64,000 nt of DNA from Candidatus Marinacidobacterium sp. (GCA_965204755.1 OZ242011.1:2496001-2560000), one strand, 5' to 3'; counted from the first letter of the stretch, positions 38,095 through 48,031 are shown. Notes: generated by a model from the letters alone, not told the origin. Numbers and translations are program-made.

Positions 38095-40827
38095 ATGATG
38101 CAGATCACAAGGAAGTCGAGTCCGCTGCGCGGGCTGACTGTCCTTCTCGCCCTGATGCTGGGCGCCGGCCTCGTGCTGTCCGGGTGCGGTGACGACGACT
38201 CCACCACTACGACTCCGGCGCCGGCGCCGGCTCCTCCGGCGCCGCCGGCCCAGCCGGATCCGGTCAGCGTTCCCGGCGGTCTCACGGTCTCCGCCACCGG
38301 CGAGGACTTCATCGAGTTCAGTTGGGAAGCGGTCGAAGGCGCCTCCGGCTACGACATCCAGATGAGCATGACCGAGGGCGACTTCAGTTCGTCCATGATG
38401 GCCACCGTCACCGCGACGATGCACCGGTTCACGGTCTCGCCGTCCACGACGGCGTACGCGCGGGTGCGGGCCAACATGGACGGTCGCGAGAGTGACTGGA
38501 GCGGCGCGGTGATGGGGATGAGCATGGCCGCTTCGCTCACCCTCGGCACGCCGATGCCGGAGGTTTCCAGCACCGGCCCGGACCACATCGAGTGGACTTG
38601 GGATGCGGTTGCGGACGCCGCCGCCTACCAGGTTCGGGTCGCCGCCAGCGCGGACGGACTGGACATGGCGACCGCCGAGATCACCACCGCCACCAGTTAC
38701 CGGGTCACCGCCGCGGCGGAGACCACGATGTACATCAGCGTTCGCGCCGCGGCCGGGACGCCTACCTCCCCGGTCGTCGGCGACTGGAGCGATGCGGTGG
38801 CGGGGACGAGCGATGTGGCGCCCCTGCCGTTCGTGGTCAGCATGACTCCGCCCGAAGCGGGAGCGGACAAGGATTGCAGCGGCCAGGCCTTCTGCCCGGA
38901 TGACGGGACGGATCCGGAGAAGGCCCGAGCCTCCGTGAACACCAAGATGATGGTCGTGTCCTCGCACACTGCCCAAGTGTCGCCGGTGTTCCTCGAAGAC
39001 GCCGGCGCGGTCGCCTTGAGCGACGGCGAGAACACGCCGTTCGCCAATGTGAACTGGAGCGCCCTGCAGTCGGTGGTTGCTAACGAGGGCGTGACCTTCA
39101 TGTTCCAGCGCGTCGCCGCCGCCGCCGGGCAGGAACCGGCCGCGATGGGAGACGCGATGTACATCACCTGCGGCCCCTTCCGTTGCTCCGAGGCGATGGA
39201 TGAGGCCCCGTCCGCTCCGGAGATTTCCATCTCGGACTCCGCCGCCTGCAACGAGTTCGAATTGGATCTGAAACTGGACATCGGCCTCGGCTACAACGGA
39301 CGCAACGCCGACGATACGGCAGACGCCGCAGGCGCCTTGTACGATCGGAATGTCGGCATAGATGCGGGCTGGGTGTACACCTCGTCGGCCACCGCGACCG
39401 TCGTTCACGAGTTCGAAGGTGTCCCCGGTCCCACCGGAGGGAACCTGAAGGTCAAGGGGGCGGACATCAGCAAGACTTCCAGGCCGACGGCGCTCGTCAT
39501 GGCCCGAGGAACCGGGGACAAGAAAAAGGCGGTCAACTACTTCGGTGGAGCGAGCCAGGGGACCGAGTTGACCTCGACAGAGGCCGGGCCGGTCTGGAAC
39601 GGTATGGACGGCGGTGACTGTCTCGGGACAAATATCGCCACGTCCAACACTACTTCCTCGTATGGCTACAACAACATCGGCGGAACCGCCGGTGAGCGCC
39701 GCACCCTGCAGCGCCCGCAGGAGTGTTTCCGGATCATCACCGGCGGTCGCGACACCCCTGGCGCCGCCACGACGATTCGTCGGAACTACCTTCCCGGATA
39801 CAAGATCCATGTGTCTCCCAACGCCAGCGTGACCTGGGCCGGGAGCGCGGTCGCCTGGGAGAAGGGAACGGATCCCTTCGACGGCTACGACTGCGAACCG
39901 CACACCATTTCCGCAGCCGAAGAAGTGGACGACCAGTTGGGTTCCCTCTGCGAGAGTTACCAGGAACAGGTGCGTGGCTGGTGGGGCAACGGGCTCGCCA
40001 AGAGCAATGGATCGTTCACCTTCGAGTATGTGGTGACCAGCGCCTACGCCGCCGACGGCACTCGGACGGTGGATGCCCCGACTTTCCCTGTCGACAGTCG
40101 GACTGCCGCGACCGAGGTGGGTGCCGGCAAGAAGTTCGTCCGGATCAATGTCGTTGCGAAGTCGCCTACTTGGAATGAAGACTTCGCCACCACCGCCGCG
40201 GGAGACGAGACGGAAGTCCACAAGGCCAAGGACAGCAGGTGGACGAGCCTCTGGCTCGTGGACTCCACGGCAGTGGATGCCGGTGATACCCCCAGGTCGC
40301 GCGACGGCACGGCTCCGGACGCCGACATGTACCGCGTGCTCACCGGCGACGGCAGTCTGCGGGGCGCCTATGTCGGCGCCTATCCGACCTCCGGGGATGA
40401 CGACCGGTCCATCCGCTCCCACAGCGGCACCATCGTCGCCCCGCGGGCGGTGTTCACGGTGGATCTGCTGGACGACGACGGCGACCCGATGTACGGCGAC
40501 TTCGGCAAGGTGGACTTCCAGCACCTCGCACGCAGCACGAACGAGGAGAGGGGCAAGGCTGACAACTACCCGTCCACGAACCCGGATGCCTATGCGTGCT
40601 CCGACGACGACGGCACGCGGTGCGATTCCGAGCAGGAGTTCGAGGGGACCATCACCTTCACCCTGTATCCCGACACGAACGACTGCACCGAAGAGATCGA
40701 TGTCGCGTTCACCTGCACCTGGGACGCCGACGGTGACGAGGATCGCACCGGCGACGCCAGCGGCGCTACCGCGGGAACCTTCGGCATGACGAATATCGGT
40801 AACTTCGTCAAGTGCGAGGCCAGTTGA
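38095..40827 (+). CDS. FN3 lipoprotein with Cys-rich C-terminal region (paralog 2)
   Basis: AGGAGGT RBS, lipobox LSGC, two FN3 domains, colinear with paralog 1 down to the terminal CEAS. Confidence 0.88.
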   Translation: MMQITRKSSPLRGLTVLLALMLGAGLVLSGCGDDDSTTTTPAPAPAPPAPPAQPDPVSVPGGLTVSATGEDFIEFSWEAVEGASGYDIQMSMTEGDFSSSMMATVTATMHRFTVSPSTTAYARVRANMDGRESDWSGAVMGMSMAASLTLGTPMPEVSSTGPDHIEWTWDAVADAAAYQVRVAASADGLDMATAEITTATSYRVTAAAETTMYISVRAAAGTPTSPVVGDWSDAVAGTSDVAPLPFVVSMTPPEAGADKDCSGQAFCPDDGTDPEKARASVNTKMMVVSSHTAQVSPVFLEDAGAVALSDGENTPFANVNWSALQSVVANEGVTFMFQRVAAAAGQEPAAMGDAMYITCGPFRCSEAMDEAPSAPEISISDSAACNEFELDLKLDIGLGYNGRNADDTADAAGALYDRNVGIDAGWVYTSSATATVVHEFEGVPGPTGGNLKVKGADISKTSRPTALVMARGTGDKKKAVNYFGGASQGTELTSTEAGPVWNGMDGGDCLGTNIATSNTTSSYGYNNIGGTAGERRTLQRPQECFRIITGGRDTPGAATTIRRNYLPGYKIHVSPNASVTWAGSAVAWEKGTDPFDGYDCEPHTISAAEEVDDQLGSLCESYQEQVRGWWGNGLAKSNGSFTFEYVVTSAYAADGTRTVDAPTFPVDSRTAATEVGAGKKFVRINVVAKSPTWNEDFATTAAGDETEVHKAKDSRWTSLWLVDSTAVDAGDTPRSRDGTAPDADMYRVLTGDGSLRGAYVGAYPTSGDDDRSIRSHSGTIVAPRAVFTVDLLDDDGDPMYGDFGKVDFQHLARSTNEERGKADNYPSTNPDAYACSDDDGTRCDSEQEFEGTITFTLYPDTNDCTEEIDVAFTCTWDADGDEDRTGDASGATAGTFGMTNIGNFVKCEAS

Positions 40828-40890
40828 TCGAAGACCGACCTTCCGGGATGGCCTGAGGCGGGCTGACCGCCCACAGAGCCCTCCCACCCG

Positions 40891-40921
40891 AGTCCCGGGG
40901 CCTCAGGGCCCCGGGGCTTTT
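40891..40921 (+). terminator. Rho-independent terminator, similar to the one at 36741
   Basis: AGTCCCGGGGCC-TCAG-GGCCCCGGGGCT followed by TTT. Confidence 0.8.
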
Positions 40922-41284
40922 CCCTTGTACGCGGAGACTCGCAGGGCGGGCGCCTCCGCATCGAGCGGCGTCTCGGTCGCACGCCCGATCCCTCGAGTCG
41001 CGCCGACCGCTCGCCCGTCCGCTCCCGTCCCTCATCCACCGGGACGGCGCGGCCCCTTCAACGCGGCGCGCTCCCGTTCGACGGCCGGAGCCCTCCTCCC
41101 CCTCCGCCATGCGCCTCCCGCGCCCGCGGGCGTCGGCCTCGGCCGGGAGCCCGTTCGCAGACCTCGCCCGGCCGACCGACCGCCGCCACTCCCCAGGGCG
41201 GGTCGTTTTCGAGGCCGGTTGACGCGGGGTCCGGCGCGATACGCTGAGAGGCGCTGTCGAGGCGCTGAGCCACACAGGAGAGGA

Positions 41285-41683
41285 GTGAGGTCGTCAGCCA
41301 CCCGGCGAACCGCCGCCGCACTCGAAGTCCCCATCCGGCGAGGGAAGCGCTGTCAGTCTGCGTTCATCGACAATGGCGCAGTCCAAGTTCGTTCCGACGG
41401 GCTGGGAGCGACGCTCAGTTTGACTCTGCTGCGCCGCGACCATGAATGGACCGGACTTCACCGATCCCATAAACCGGGGCCCGGTGCGGCCGTGGACCTC
41501 TACCAACTTCGGGGCCAAGATCGTGTGACCGAAGAGTTCGAGGCGCTCCTCGAACCACACGCCGCCTATCGGATCATGACCCGGATCCGTGACGCCCTCC
41601 GTACTCTTCCCGCGGAACAGCGCGCTCGCTACGCGTTGCCCGACGAGACGGATGCCCCCGACCCCTCCGACGACGATGTCTGA
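41285..41683 (+). CDS. Hypothetical protein, gene 1 of a three-gene cassette
   Basis: AGGAG before GTG; non-shadow composition; stop overlaps the next ATG by 8 nt. Confidence 0.6.
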   Translation: MRSSATRRTAAALEVPIRRGKRCQSAFIDNGAVQVRSDGLGATLSLTLLRRDHEWTGLHRSHKPGPGAAVDLYQLRGQDRVTEEFEALLEPHAAYRIMTRIRDALRTLPAEQRARYALPDETDAPDPSDDDV

Positions 41684-42278
41684 CATCCGGATCTCCCTGA
41701 ACATGGCGCCGCCACCCGTGGCGTTGCCGTCCCGAGGGAATGTCAGCCGCCTGACCAACTCCCTTCGATGGAATCCCCATCCGATCGAATCGCTTTGCGT
41801 CGTGAGTCCGCAGTACGAGTCGCCGGACCTGATCGGCAGAGCAGTGATCGGTCTCCGGCCCGACGCGCCGGTTCAGGGAGGCTCGGCCGGGCCAGTCGTC
41901 GCCCGGGAAGAATCCCGCGCCGCTTGGGACGAGTCGTTCTCCGACCTGGACGAGATCGCTCGCGGAGTCGAACTGGACGGGCCCGTACCATCGAAACCAT
42001 CGCTGGGAACGGCGAAACAGTTTCTCTCCCTGTTCGCCGCTCGCGGACTGAGAGCGCCGGTCGTGGGCGAGGTGACCGGCCGGGGCGTGTCCATCGAATT
42101 CCCCGGAACGGGGGCGAGAACCCGACTCACCTTCGTAATCGAAGGCGACGGGTCCATCACCTACCACGAACTCATCGAAGGGCGCCGATGGCGCGGGCGG
42201 TTTCCGGACCTTTCGTCCCTGTTGCCGGTCGTCTGGCCCTCTTCCTTCCACCGCTCCCGGCTTCTTCCTCCTGCTTGA
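41676..42278 (+). CDS. Hypothetical protein, gene 2 of the cassette (possible antitoxin)
   Basis: Coupled on both sides; C-half DGPVPS...AKQFL...GVSIEF...IEGDGS. Confidence 0.62.
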   Translation: MSDIRISLNMAPPPVALPSRGNVSRLTNSLRWNPHPIESLCVVSPQYESPDLIGRAVIGLRPDAPVQGGSAGPVVAREESRAAWDESFSDLDEIARGVELDGPVPSKPSLGTAKQFLSLFAARGLRAPVVGEVTGRGVSIEFPGTGARTRLTFVIEGDGSITYHELIEGRRWRGRFPDLSSLLPVVWPSSFHRSRLLPPA

Positions 42279-42712
42279 CCGGGGCCCCGCCACAGTGGAC
42301 GACCGGTCGCCGTTGGGCCGCGGGGTCTTCTCACGCCGCGATAGAAGCCAAGGCCGGCGCGGCGAGTTCCGTATGGAAGTGTTCCGTGATCCAACGGTCG
42401 CCCAGGTGGTCGGTGGATCGGCTGGAGCCGGCCGCGACGAAAATCCTGACAGGGATCGGAGATCGCCGCGGGGCAGAGAGGCGGCCGCCTCGTCGATTCT
42501 ACGGATGGGCAGTGGTCTCCCAAGCCCGAGCCGGAGCCGGAGGCCGTCGGGTCGAGATGACGCCGCAGCCGGACAATCCCTACCACGCCGATATCGTGCT
42601 GCCGGAATGGCCCGAAGGCCTGGAGGAACGGGACTCCATCTGCGACTGCCATGCTCAGGAACTGGCGCAGGCGGCGTCGTTCCGGGAGCGGCCGGTGGAT
42701 CGGCAGTCCTGA
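42275..42712 (+). CDS. Putative ART-like protein (SVDRL / FYGWA / DNPYHADI), internal frameshift pair suspected
   Basis: TTGA overlap with gene 2; motif-bearing C-terminal two thirds; a more protein-like N-terminal segment lies in the adjacent frame. Confidence 0.6.
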   Translation: MTGAPPQWTTGRRWAAGSSHAAIEAKAGAASSVWKCSVIQRSPRWSVDRLEPAATKILTGIGDRRGAERRPPRRFYGWAVVSQARAGAGGRRVEMTPQPDNPYHADIVLPEWPEGLEERDSICDCHAQELAQAASFRERPVDRQS

Positions 42713-43423
42713 GCGGGAAGCGGAAGGAGGCGGCGCACACCCGCCGTCGGCGCCGGCGGGCGGGGGTTCTTCCCCGCCTTCGGCGCGGCAGACAACTCGG
42801 CGCCGGTCGGCGCGCCGGCTCGGGGACCGTCCGCTCGGCGGCCCGGCCGGGGGGCCGTGGTTTCCGGCTGCTCCCCGGGGTCGGGGAGGCGGACGGCCCG
42901 GCGGTCGGAGGGGCGGTCGGGGAAGAAGATCCGGCCCCGGCGGGGTCGGGCGCGCCCCGGCCCCGCCTCGGCCGTCCCGTCCCGGAGGGCTGCCGCGGTT
43001 GCGGGACGCCGCGACCGGCCAGGGCCGGCCTGGGCCCCGTCCCGGCCCTTCCCTCCGCCCCGGAACCCGAGAGTGTCCACTTTTCGCGTCCCATCGACGG
43101 GTGGGGAGGCGAGGCGGACCGGGGCGGCGCGGCGCCGGGGGCTGTCGGCGCGGCGCGGGGTCGGCGCGGCGGGGGCGGGGGCGCGGTACTATTCCCGGCG
43201 CGGGCCGCAGGGTCGGCGGGGGTCGGGCGCGGGTTCGGGCGGCGGCGGCGAGGGGCGGCCGATGGTGGTGGGCTCGCCCAGCCACCCCTAAAGTGATTTG
43301 TTAAGGGTCGGTTGCGGTGAGGGGGGTAATTTGTGGTAGCATGTAACCGCTCTTGTACTTGGAGCACGGTTACCAGCCGGGTGTCGCGCCCGGTCTTCAC
43401 CCACTCGATTGGGGGTTTTCGAC

Positions 43424-46000
43424 ATGACGAAGCCGAGCAGCCGTTCCTCCGTGGCCCGCGCCCTGTTCCGGGCCGCGCCGCTGGCGCTCATGCTGCTGGC
43501 CGCATTCGGCCTGTTCGTCTCGGGCTGCGGCGACGACTCGCCGACGACGCCCGCGCCGACGCCCACGCCGCCGCCGGCCCCGCCGGCGCCGACGCCGCCG
43601 GCGGTCCCGACCGGGCTCCAGGTGGCCTCGACCGGGCCGGACTTCATCGAGTGGAGTTGGACCGCCGTGGAGGGCGCCACCGGCTACGACATCCAGATGT
43701 CCCTGACCGCGGGTGACTTCTCCACCAATGTCCAGTTGACGCAGGTGGAGGCCGGGACCACCCGCCGCCGGTTCACGGTGGCCGCGGAGACGACCGCCTA
43801 CGCGCGGGTGCGGGCGAAGAACGCGGACGGCGAGAGCGACTGGTCCGCCGCCGTCTCCGGGACGAGCATGGCGGCGCCGATCGTGTTGACCCAGCCGGCC
43901 AACCTGCGGGCCACCGAGGAGGAGCCGCGCTCGATCACCTGGAGTTGGAACGCGGTGACGGGCGCGAGCGCATACGAGGTCCAATTCCGCCTGAACAACG
44001 CCAACTTCACCTCGCAGGACACGATCAGGACCGAGCCCGCTACGACCACGCCGCAGGCCACTTTCGCGGTGCAGCCGGAGCAGGTGGCCTATGTCCGGGT
44101 TCGGGCGGTCGCCGGGACCGGCGCCAACCGGGTGGAAGGGCCTTGGGCCGTTCCCGCGCGCGGCGAGAGCGCGCAGTTGCCGCTGACAGCGCCGACCGGC
44201 TTGGAAGTGTCGGGTCGGGGAGCGGACTATCTGGTGTGGGCCTGGAACGCCGTGGAGGGGGCCACCACCTACGACGCCCAGATCAGCCTCGATGACGACG
44301 ACTTCAGCCCGCCGAGCGACACCTTCCTCGGCCTGACCGCGAGGACGCAACGGGTGTCGAACCTGAGCGGGAACCGACGGGTGTACCTGCGGGTCCGGTC
44401 GGCCCGGGGCACGCAGCGGAGCGACTGGAGCGACTCCGTCGACGGCCGGACCGAGCCGCCGCCGGTCGTGCCGATCGCGACCCCGACCGGGCTCGCGACC
44501 TCGAATCCCCAGCGGACCTCGGTCTCCTTGGACTGGAATGTCGTGGACGACGCCGAGTATTACGAGGTGCAGCAGCGGGCGGCGGGCGGCAGTTGGGGCG
44601 CCGCGACCTGCCGGGACACCGATGACGACGAGCCCACCGACAGCGACTGCGTGGCCACCGGACTCGCAGCCGGCACCGAGTACTCCTTCCGGGTGCGCGC
44701 CGTGCCGCCGGAGGACGAGGCGCTCCAGAGCGCGAGCGAGTGGTCCGCCTCGGTGACCGCCCGCACGACCGGCCGCCAGAGCGTCGGCGGCGGCGCCGGC
44801 GCGCTGAACATCTCCTGGCGCTCCAACACCACGATCACCTGGAGATGGGACCAAGCCGGTGACGCCGACTTCGAGACCAAGATGCTCACAGGTGTCCAGA
44901 ACCGGGACGCGCCCTGCAACACCCGAGGAGGCGTGGAGGGAATCCAGTTGGCGAACTCCTTGGAGTGGAGGGCGCCGGACCCTTTCCGGAGCGTTACTCG
45001 CGTCCTCTGCGTGCGCACGAGGACCACCGACAACGAAGGCGAGATCACTCGCGGGGAGTGGTCCCACAGTTGGGCCGTCACGATGCCCGACCGGCCTGAC
45101 CAGCCGGACGCGGCCGACCTCGGAATCGAGAATGTCGCCGATACCCGCCATGCGCTCTTCGAAGACGACTACCAAGGCGTCCCCGAAGTCGGCGGCGTTA
45201 CTTCCAGCCTGCGTTGGAAGGTGAGTTACTCCAACCAGCCGGAGTTCGACTACGAGTTCCGCTTCCATGTAGATGAAAAGGAAAAGACGACCGACGACTG
45301 GCGCGCTCCCGCAACGGGTACTGAACAGCGACGGTGCGATGCCATGACGGTGAGCGACACGGTTACCCCCGGAGGCTCGGACGCGCCCAGGTTGTTCGAG
45401 AGCGAGATCGACTTGGCGCCCTATGCCGAATACCGGATGTGCTACCGGGCGATCAACGACGATGGACGCTCCGAGTGGGCGTACAATTTCGGCGACAGTC
45501 GCTATACGCGTCCGCTGAAACCGTCCGTAGGGAGCGCCCGCATAACGGACAATGTGGACGCCAACGGAGATTCCGATTCCTCGGGAACCAACTTCCGGCT
45601 GCTATGGCCGATCACGACTTCGACGGACGGGCCCAAGGCGGGCACCACGGTTAGCGCGATCGAAGAGGACTACAACTTCCTCTCGCTCCGGACGATCGGC
45701 GACAGCCCGCAAACCGCGGCGGACGCCGATGATGTGCTGCAGGCCTGCGAGGGCCACCAGTCGACCGGCGGAATACCCAGCAATCTCGAGCGCTTCCGAG
45801 TTGGCGATCTCATCATTAAGCCCCAGTCCACGGAGGGGACTCGATTCGATGTTTGGCTGCCTGTTCCGGACGACGCGCAGCAGAGGTACTACTACCTGTG
45901 TGTGCAGGCCGATGACGCTGGCGATCGAGGTCTCGTAAGAGGCGCCGGCAAGAGCACTTGGGGCGTCAGTTCGGGCAGCGGGCACCGCGTTCCCAACTAG
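43424..46000 (+). CDS. Multi-FN3 lipoprotein (paralog 3)
   Basis: Lipobox VSGC, Pro/Thr linker, four clear FN3 repeats (W.WxAVxGAxxY...W) then a divergent beta-rich tail. Confidence 0.87.
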   Translation: MTKPSSRSSVARALFRAAPLALMLLAAFGLFVSGCGDDSPTTPAPTPTPPPAPPAPTPPAVPTGLQVASTGPDFIEWSWTAVEGATGYDIQMSLTAGDFSTNVQLTQVEAGTTRRRFTVAAETTAYARVRAKNADGESDWSAAVSGTSMAAPIVLTQPANLRATEEEPRSITWSWNAVTGASAYEVQFRLNNANFTSQDTIRTEPATTTPQATFAVQPEQVAYVRVRAVAGTGANRVEGPWAVPARGESAQLPLTAPTGLEVSGRGADYLVWAWNAVEGATTYDAQISLDDDDFSPPSDTFLGLTARTQRVSNLSGNRRVYLRVRSARGTQRSDWSDSVDGRTEPPPVVPIATPTGLATSNPQRTSVSLDWNVVDDAEYYEVQQRAAGGSWGAATCRDTDDDEPTDSDCVATGLAAGTEYSFRVRAVPPEDEALQSASEWSASVTARTTGRQSVGGGAGALNISWRSNTTITWRWDQAGDADFETKMLTGVQNRDAPCNTRGGVEGIQLANSLEWRAPDPFRSVTRVLCVRTRTTDNEGEITRGEWSHSWAVTMPDRPDQPDAADLGIENVADTRHALFEDDYQGVPEVGGVTSSLRWKVSYSNQPEFDYEFRFHVDEKEKTTDDWRAPATGTEQRRCDAMTVSDTVTPGGSDAPRLFESEIDLAPYAEYRMCYRAINDDGRSEWAYNFGDSRYTRPLKPSVGSARITDNVDANGDSDSSGTNFRLLWPITTSTDGPKAGTTVSAIEEDYNFLSLRTIGDSPQTAADADDVLQACEGHQSTGGIPSNLERFRVGDLIIKPQSTEGTRFDVWLPVPDDAQQRYYYLCVQADDAGDRGLVRGAGKSTWGVSSGSGHRVPN

Positions 46001-46304
46001 AGTCGGGCCCCGCTCCGACTTCGCGCGGCCGGCGCGTCCCGCCTTCGGGCGGGGCGCGTCGGTCGTTTCGCTCGTACGGCGGCCGGTCGCGTCGGGGCGC
46101 TGCTCGCCGACCGGGCGGCGGCGGGTCGGTTTCCGGGCCGGATTCGTCCCCGCGTCCGGCCCGAGCGCCGCGGACGGCGGGACGGCGCGCGGGCAGGTTC
46201 CCGCGGGAGGGCGGGGGAGGGGCTGCTGCTAGAATCCTCCTCCCTTTGGCCGGGCGCGGCCGGGGTTCCGGCGCGCCCTTCTTCCCCCGAGAGGCCCTTC
46301 GATC

Positions 46305-46661
46305 ATGAAGAAGACCTTTGCTCTCCTCGCTGCCCTGTTGCTCGTGGCCGGCTTCGTTTCCGCCGGCTTCGCTTCCCCTGTCGCTGCCGAGGACATGACC
46401 TTCACCGGCTGGGTGGCCGACGAGGCCTGCGCCAAGGACTACGCCAAGTCCTCGACCGCCGACCACAAGGGTTGCGCGACCGGCTGCCTGAAGAAGGGCG
46501 CGGTGGCGCTCTCGACCCCGGACGGCCTCCACCTGCTGGACATCACCTCGGAGAAGGCGCTGGAGCACCTGGGCATGGAAGTCGTGGTAACCGGCACGCT
46601 GAACGCCGACACGAACACCATCGCGGTTACCAGCATCGCCGCCTCCACCCCGACCGAGTAG
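46305..46661 (+). CDS. Small secreted OB-fold-like protein with Cys/His motif (DUF5818-like)
   Basis: Signal peptide; TGWVADEAC...HKGCATGCLKKG...VVVTGTL. Confidence 0.75.
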   Translation: MKKTFALLAALLLVAGFVSAGFASPVAAEDMTFTGWVADEACAKDYAKSSTADHKGCATGCLKKGAVALSTPDGLHLLDITSEKALEHLGMEVVVTGTLNADTNTIAVTSIAASTPTE

Positions 46662-46903
46662 GAACCCCCTCCCCCCGGCGGGGCCCTCCCGGCTGGACGG
46701 CGGTCAGGCGGCGATCCCTTGCGCCGCCGACCGCGCTTCGGCCCGGAGGGCCCTCGCCGCTCGCCACTGTCGGGTCCCCTCCCCGGGGCGCCGGTCGGCG
46801 CGGTTCTTCCCGCCGCCGGCGCTCCGGTTTCGCGCTGCCCGCTGACGGCCTCCGCCGGTCCGCCCGCCCGCGCCGCCGGGAAGCGCCCGACGGGTAGTTC
46901 CCG

Positions 46904-48031
46904 TTGACCTCCCCCCCGCCGGCCGCCGCCCCGCTCCGGCGGACGCCGCTCCACGCGCTCCACCGGGACCTCGGGGGCCGGCTCGTCCCCTTCGCCGGGT
47001 GGGAGATGCCGGTGCAGTTCGCCGGGGTGGTCGCCGAGCACCGGGCGGTGCGGGAGCGGGCCGGGCTGTTCGATGTCAGCCACATGGGGCAACTCGCTTT
47101 CGAGGGGCCGGAGGCGGAGGCGCTGCTGCAGCGGCTGACGCCCAACGATGTCTCCCGGCTGCGGCCCGGCCGCGCCCACTACTCGGCGCTGACCACGCCC
47201 TCCGGGGGCTTCGTGGACGACCTGGTGGTGTACCGGCGGGGCGAGTCCTCGTTCCTCGCGATCACCAACGCGGCGAACACCGGGCGGGACCGGGAGTGGA
47301 TCCGGGAGCGGGGCGGGGCGGCGGCCGCCGGGGCGATGGCCGACCGGAGCGACGACTTCGCGCTGCTGGCGCTGCAGGGGCCCGGGGCGGAGCGGATCCT
47401 CGACCCGCTGACCGACCTCGACCTCTCCTCGATCCGCTACTACCGGTTCGCCGAAGGGCGGGTGCTGGATACCCCGGCGACGGTGGCGCGGATGGGGTAC
47501 ACCGGGGAGGACGGGTTCGAGATCCTCCTCCCGGCGGAGGGGGCGGAGGCCGCCGCGCGGCGGCTGCTCGAGGCCGGGGAGGGGGAGGGGCTGGTCCCCG
47601 CCGGGCTCGGGGCGCGGGACACGCTGCGGCTGGAGGCGAAGATGGCGCTCCACGGGCAGGACATCGGCGAGGAATGGACGGTGCTGGAGGCGGACCTGGG
47701 CTGGATCGTGAAGTGGAAGAAGGGGGAGTTCGTCGGGCGGGCGGCGCTCGCCGAGCAGCGGGAGAAGGGCGTCTCCCGGAAACTGGTGGGCTTCGAGTTG
47801 CGGGAGCGGGGGATCCCCCGGCACGGGTATCCGCTGCGGGTCGGGGGGGCGCCGTTCGGCGAGGTAACCAGCGGCGGGTTCGCGCCGACGCTGGGGAAGA
47901 GCATCGGCCTCGCCTACCTGCCGACGGCGGCGGCGGAGGTCGGGCGGGAGTTCGAAGTGGGCGTCCGGGGGCGGTTCCTCCGGGCGGAGGTGGTGGCGAC
48001 GCCGTTCTATGTCCGCCCGGACCGTCGGTGA
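46904..48031 (+). CDS. gcvT: Glycine cleavage aminomethyltransferase T
   Basis: RTPLH, FAGWEMPVQF, GLFDVSHMG, GYTGEDGFEI, GLGARDTLRLEA. Confidence 0.96.
   Translation: MTSPPPAAAPLRRTPLHALHRDLGGRLVPFAGWEMPVQFAGVVAEHRAVRERAGLFDVSHMGQLAFEGPEAEALLQRLTPNDVSRLRPGRAHYSALTTPSGGFVDDLVVYRRGESSFLAITNAANTGRDREWIRERGGAAAAGAMADRSDDFALLALQGPGAERILDPLTDLDLSSIRYYRFAEGRVLDTPATVARMGYTGEDGFEILLPAEGAEAAARRLLEAGEGEGLVPAGLGARDTLRLEAKMALHGQDIGEEWTVLEADLGWIVKWKKGEFVGRAALAEQREKGVSRKLVGFELRERGIPRHGYPLRVGGAPFGEVTSGGFAPTLGKSIGLAYLPTAAAEVGREFEVGVRGRFLRAEVVATPFYVRPDRR

Noticed and set aside
43288-43375. AT-richer patch as a replication origin or ncRNA
   Set aside because: No DnaA boxes recognised; better explained as the promoter (TGgTAGCAT extended -10) and 5' hairpin of FN3 paralog 3.
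33935-46000. Diversity-generating retroelement or invertase shufflon behind FN3 variation
   Set aside because: No reverse transcriptase, recombinase, adenine-only template/variable repeat pair or inverted cassettes were seen.
46662-46903. Glycine riboswitch upstream of gcvT
   Set aside because: No recognisable purine-rich aptamer motifs; the region is featureless GC-rich DNA.
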